The position numbers and the translations under genes are program-made. 64,000 nt of DNA from Bdellovibrionia bacterium (GTDB taxonomy: Bacteria; Bdellovibrionota; UBA1018): the NCBI GenBank assembly GCA_040399745.1, contig JBBARP010000001.1:170617-234616 (forward strand). The letters run 5' to 3'. The notes under the pieces are model-generated. The model saw only the letters and a list, made by a program, of their open reading frames with translations. It was not told the origin of the DNA and made no database searches. Numbering within the stretch: position 1 is the first letter of the stretch; the number at the start of each line of letters is the position of its first letter. This document shows, piece after piece, positions 63,901 through 64,000 of the stretch.

Positions 63901-64000
63901 GAAGTGTGGCCTGCCGAGATTCGCGCTGAGTTTTCAGAATACGCCGAGACCGGGCGTGGAGAGCGGCCCAAGACCCTTCGCGAAGTGGTGAAAGCCATGC
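60970..64000 (+). CDS. Very large hypothetical lipoprotein (>1000 aa), 3'-truncated by window edge
   Basis: ATG 60970, MQTFLKLLLPTLLLLSG-C lipobox; frame reads open where checked and is absent from the ORF track, consistent with no stop in window. Confidence 0.8.
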   Translation, partial: MQTFLKLLLPTLLLLSGCSPSWFGGKEKDEKLSRDAGYRTLNPECSNLQLTSSRISAPDTRTLVQCLNANGSLGPVAELMGVMSDAELDSVLELVNEAILDQPKVHAQWDSLWRALGPHSEKWLSPWAPLLEQGELASSALRVLESSWKREPKLVEGVLKRLATVIEPKDLASNLDVALTLARARATRSFLEKLKGPARTGVSVESVVADLQLAAREVRLGKSPDAVKLLLQAAESGRLLRFLDRVHGVSAQEIQLALPSNAALMGALLQSAPGVHGDSQVRPGALVDGLMDLMGAVRGPQLCLNGGIRIEDGRTFALRELLARPAKDIDDVILRRLPLELVGLGSFCNLPASLSQHYAWAQRLARSPVVGEAHFELSALEKEGLIDLLLLLATPSNEDPRSGLRRYLPFLSELQARGALDDILLIAALPPVQKYPGLQAALRTWIEPAPELDGKSLLDALLVILEQADPAELSQLIRKSQAALETPGEWLSPLLSGARFATWATEDHPVADGARDVLEKLSKRSELRATVLRLGQVPEFPRAMNHLAAMVRDGRGHDLIEILAKLFRQRLTSEVPQPIALNAEPGFIPVARHDLAASDLKPFGQNWAVADRSEDPCLNLDFSVRLDHVDHPKFPQAFAAFRGCVAQNPKGEAFARGLGHLQNLRMADTGQSLYSELIGWIKRTNLTAEQVRELVDRTLARSEDARFEGWLQGVGSLAKMGDSLIEPVGEILRPIYSEARPPLRSLLDSLGGVLRDPNLPSDIRYLLRISDDADRTRLRKANGLSVGAASHALLPPKPVYPDDALHSAVKYRECRPEAEISARMREIRLEHRDAVNNWEILEDGRRRRSYSDAEFREGTKFLIQKLTDPAQSRRDKSIHQALLNVMEYFRLKDGEAPSARHHYEPGYFGRWLDQLSGQQRAIVYFHPEEKRPRVRLVNSFDSLEILLFNADFDYVLNDNFGLKYLTAVARAWGDEPVEVWPAEIRAEFSEYAETGRGERPKTLREVVKAM

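Noticed and set aside
1..64000. CRISPR arrays, retron/RT, toxin-antitoxin, transposase or phage genes
   Set aside because: No regularly spaced direct repeats or diagnostic protein motifs seen

Overview
GC-rich, densely coded bacterial chromosome segment with about 50 CDSs and one tRNA. Gene content and style suggest a Bdellovibrionota/Oligoflexia-like lineage, but this is inference only. Housekeeping genes: lon, split transketolase, queG, rimO, yajQ, lolA, smc, recQ-like helicase, ppdK, alpha2-type glyQS, gltS, msbA-like exporter, a galE-gmhB fusion, recO, gluQ-like synthetase and tRNA-Ala(UGC). Accessory content: several secreted proteases (metzincin, gluzincin, M23-like), large orphan secreted or lipoproteins, a cheA-cheW-cheR-cheB operon with unusual domain fusions, and a copper/stress cluster (PRTase, PRPP synthetase-like, HPF, TolC, Cu P1B-ATPase, beta-barrel, small Cys-rich exported peptide). 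I found no CRISPR array, integrase, transposase or prophage. The best novelty candidates are: (1) a CopA/TolC/beta-barrel/exported metallothionein-like copper module, (2) a membrane-anchored matrixin paired with a possible TIMP-like protein, (3) widespread leaderless-type promoter architecture, and (4) a highly structured 600-bp intergenic region with a small ORF. All functional calls come from motif recognition by eye; no database searches were run.
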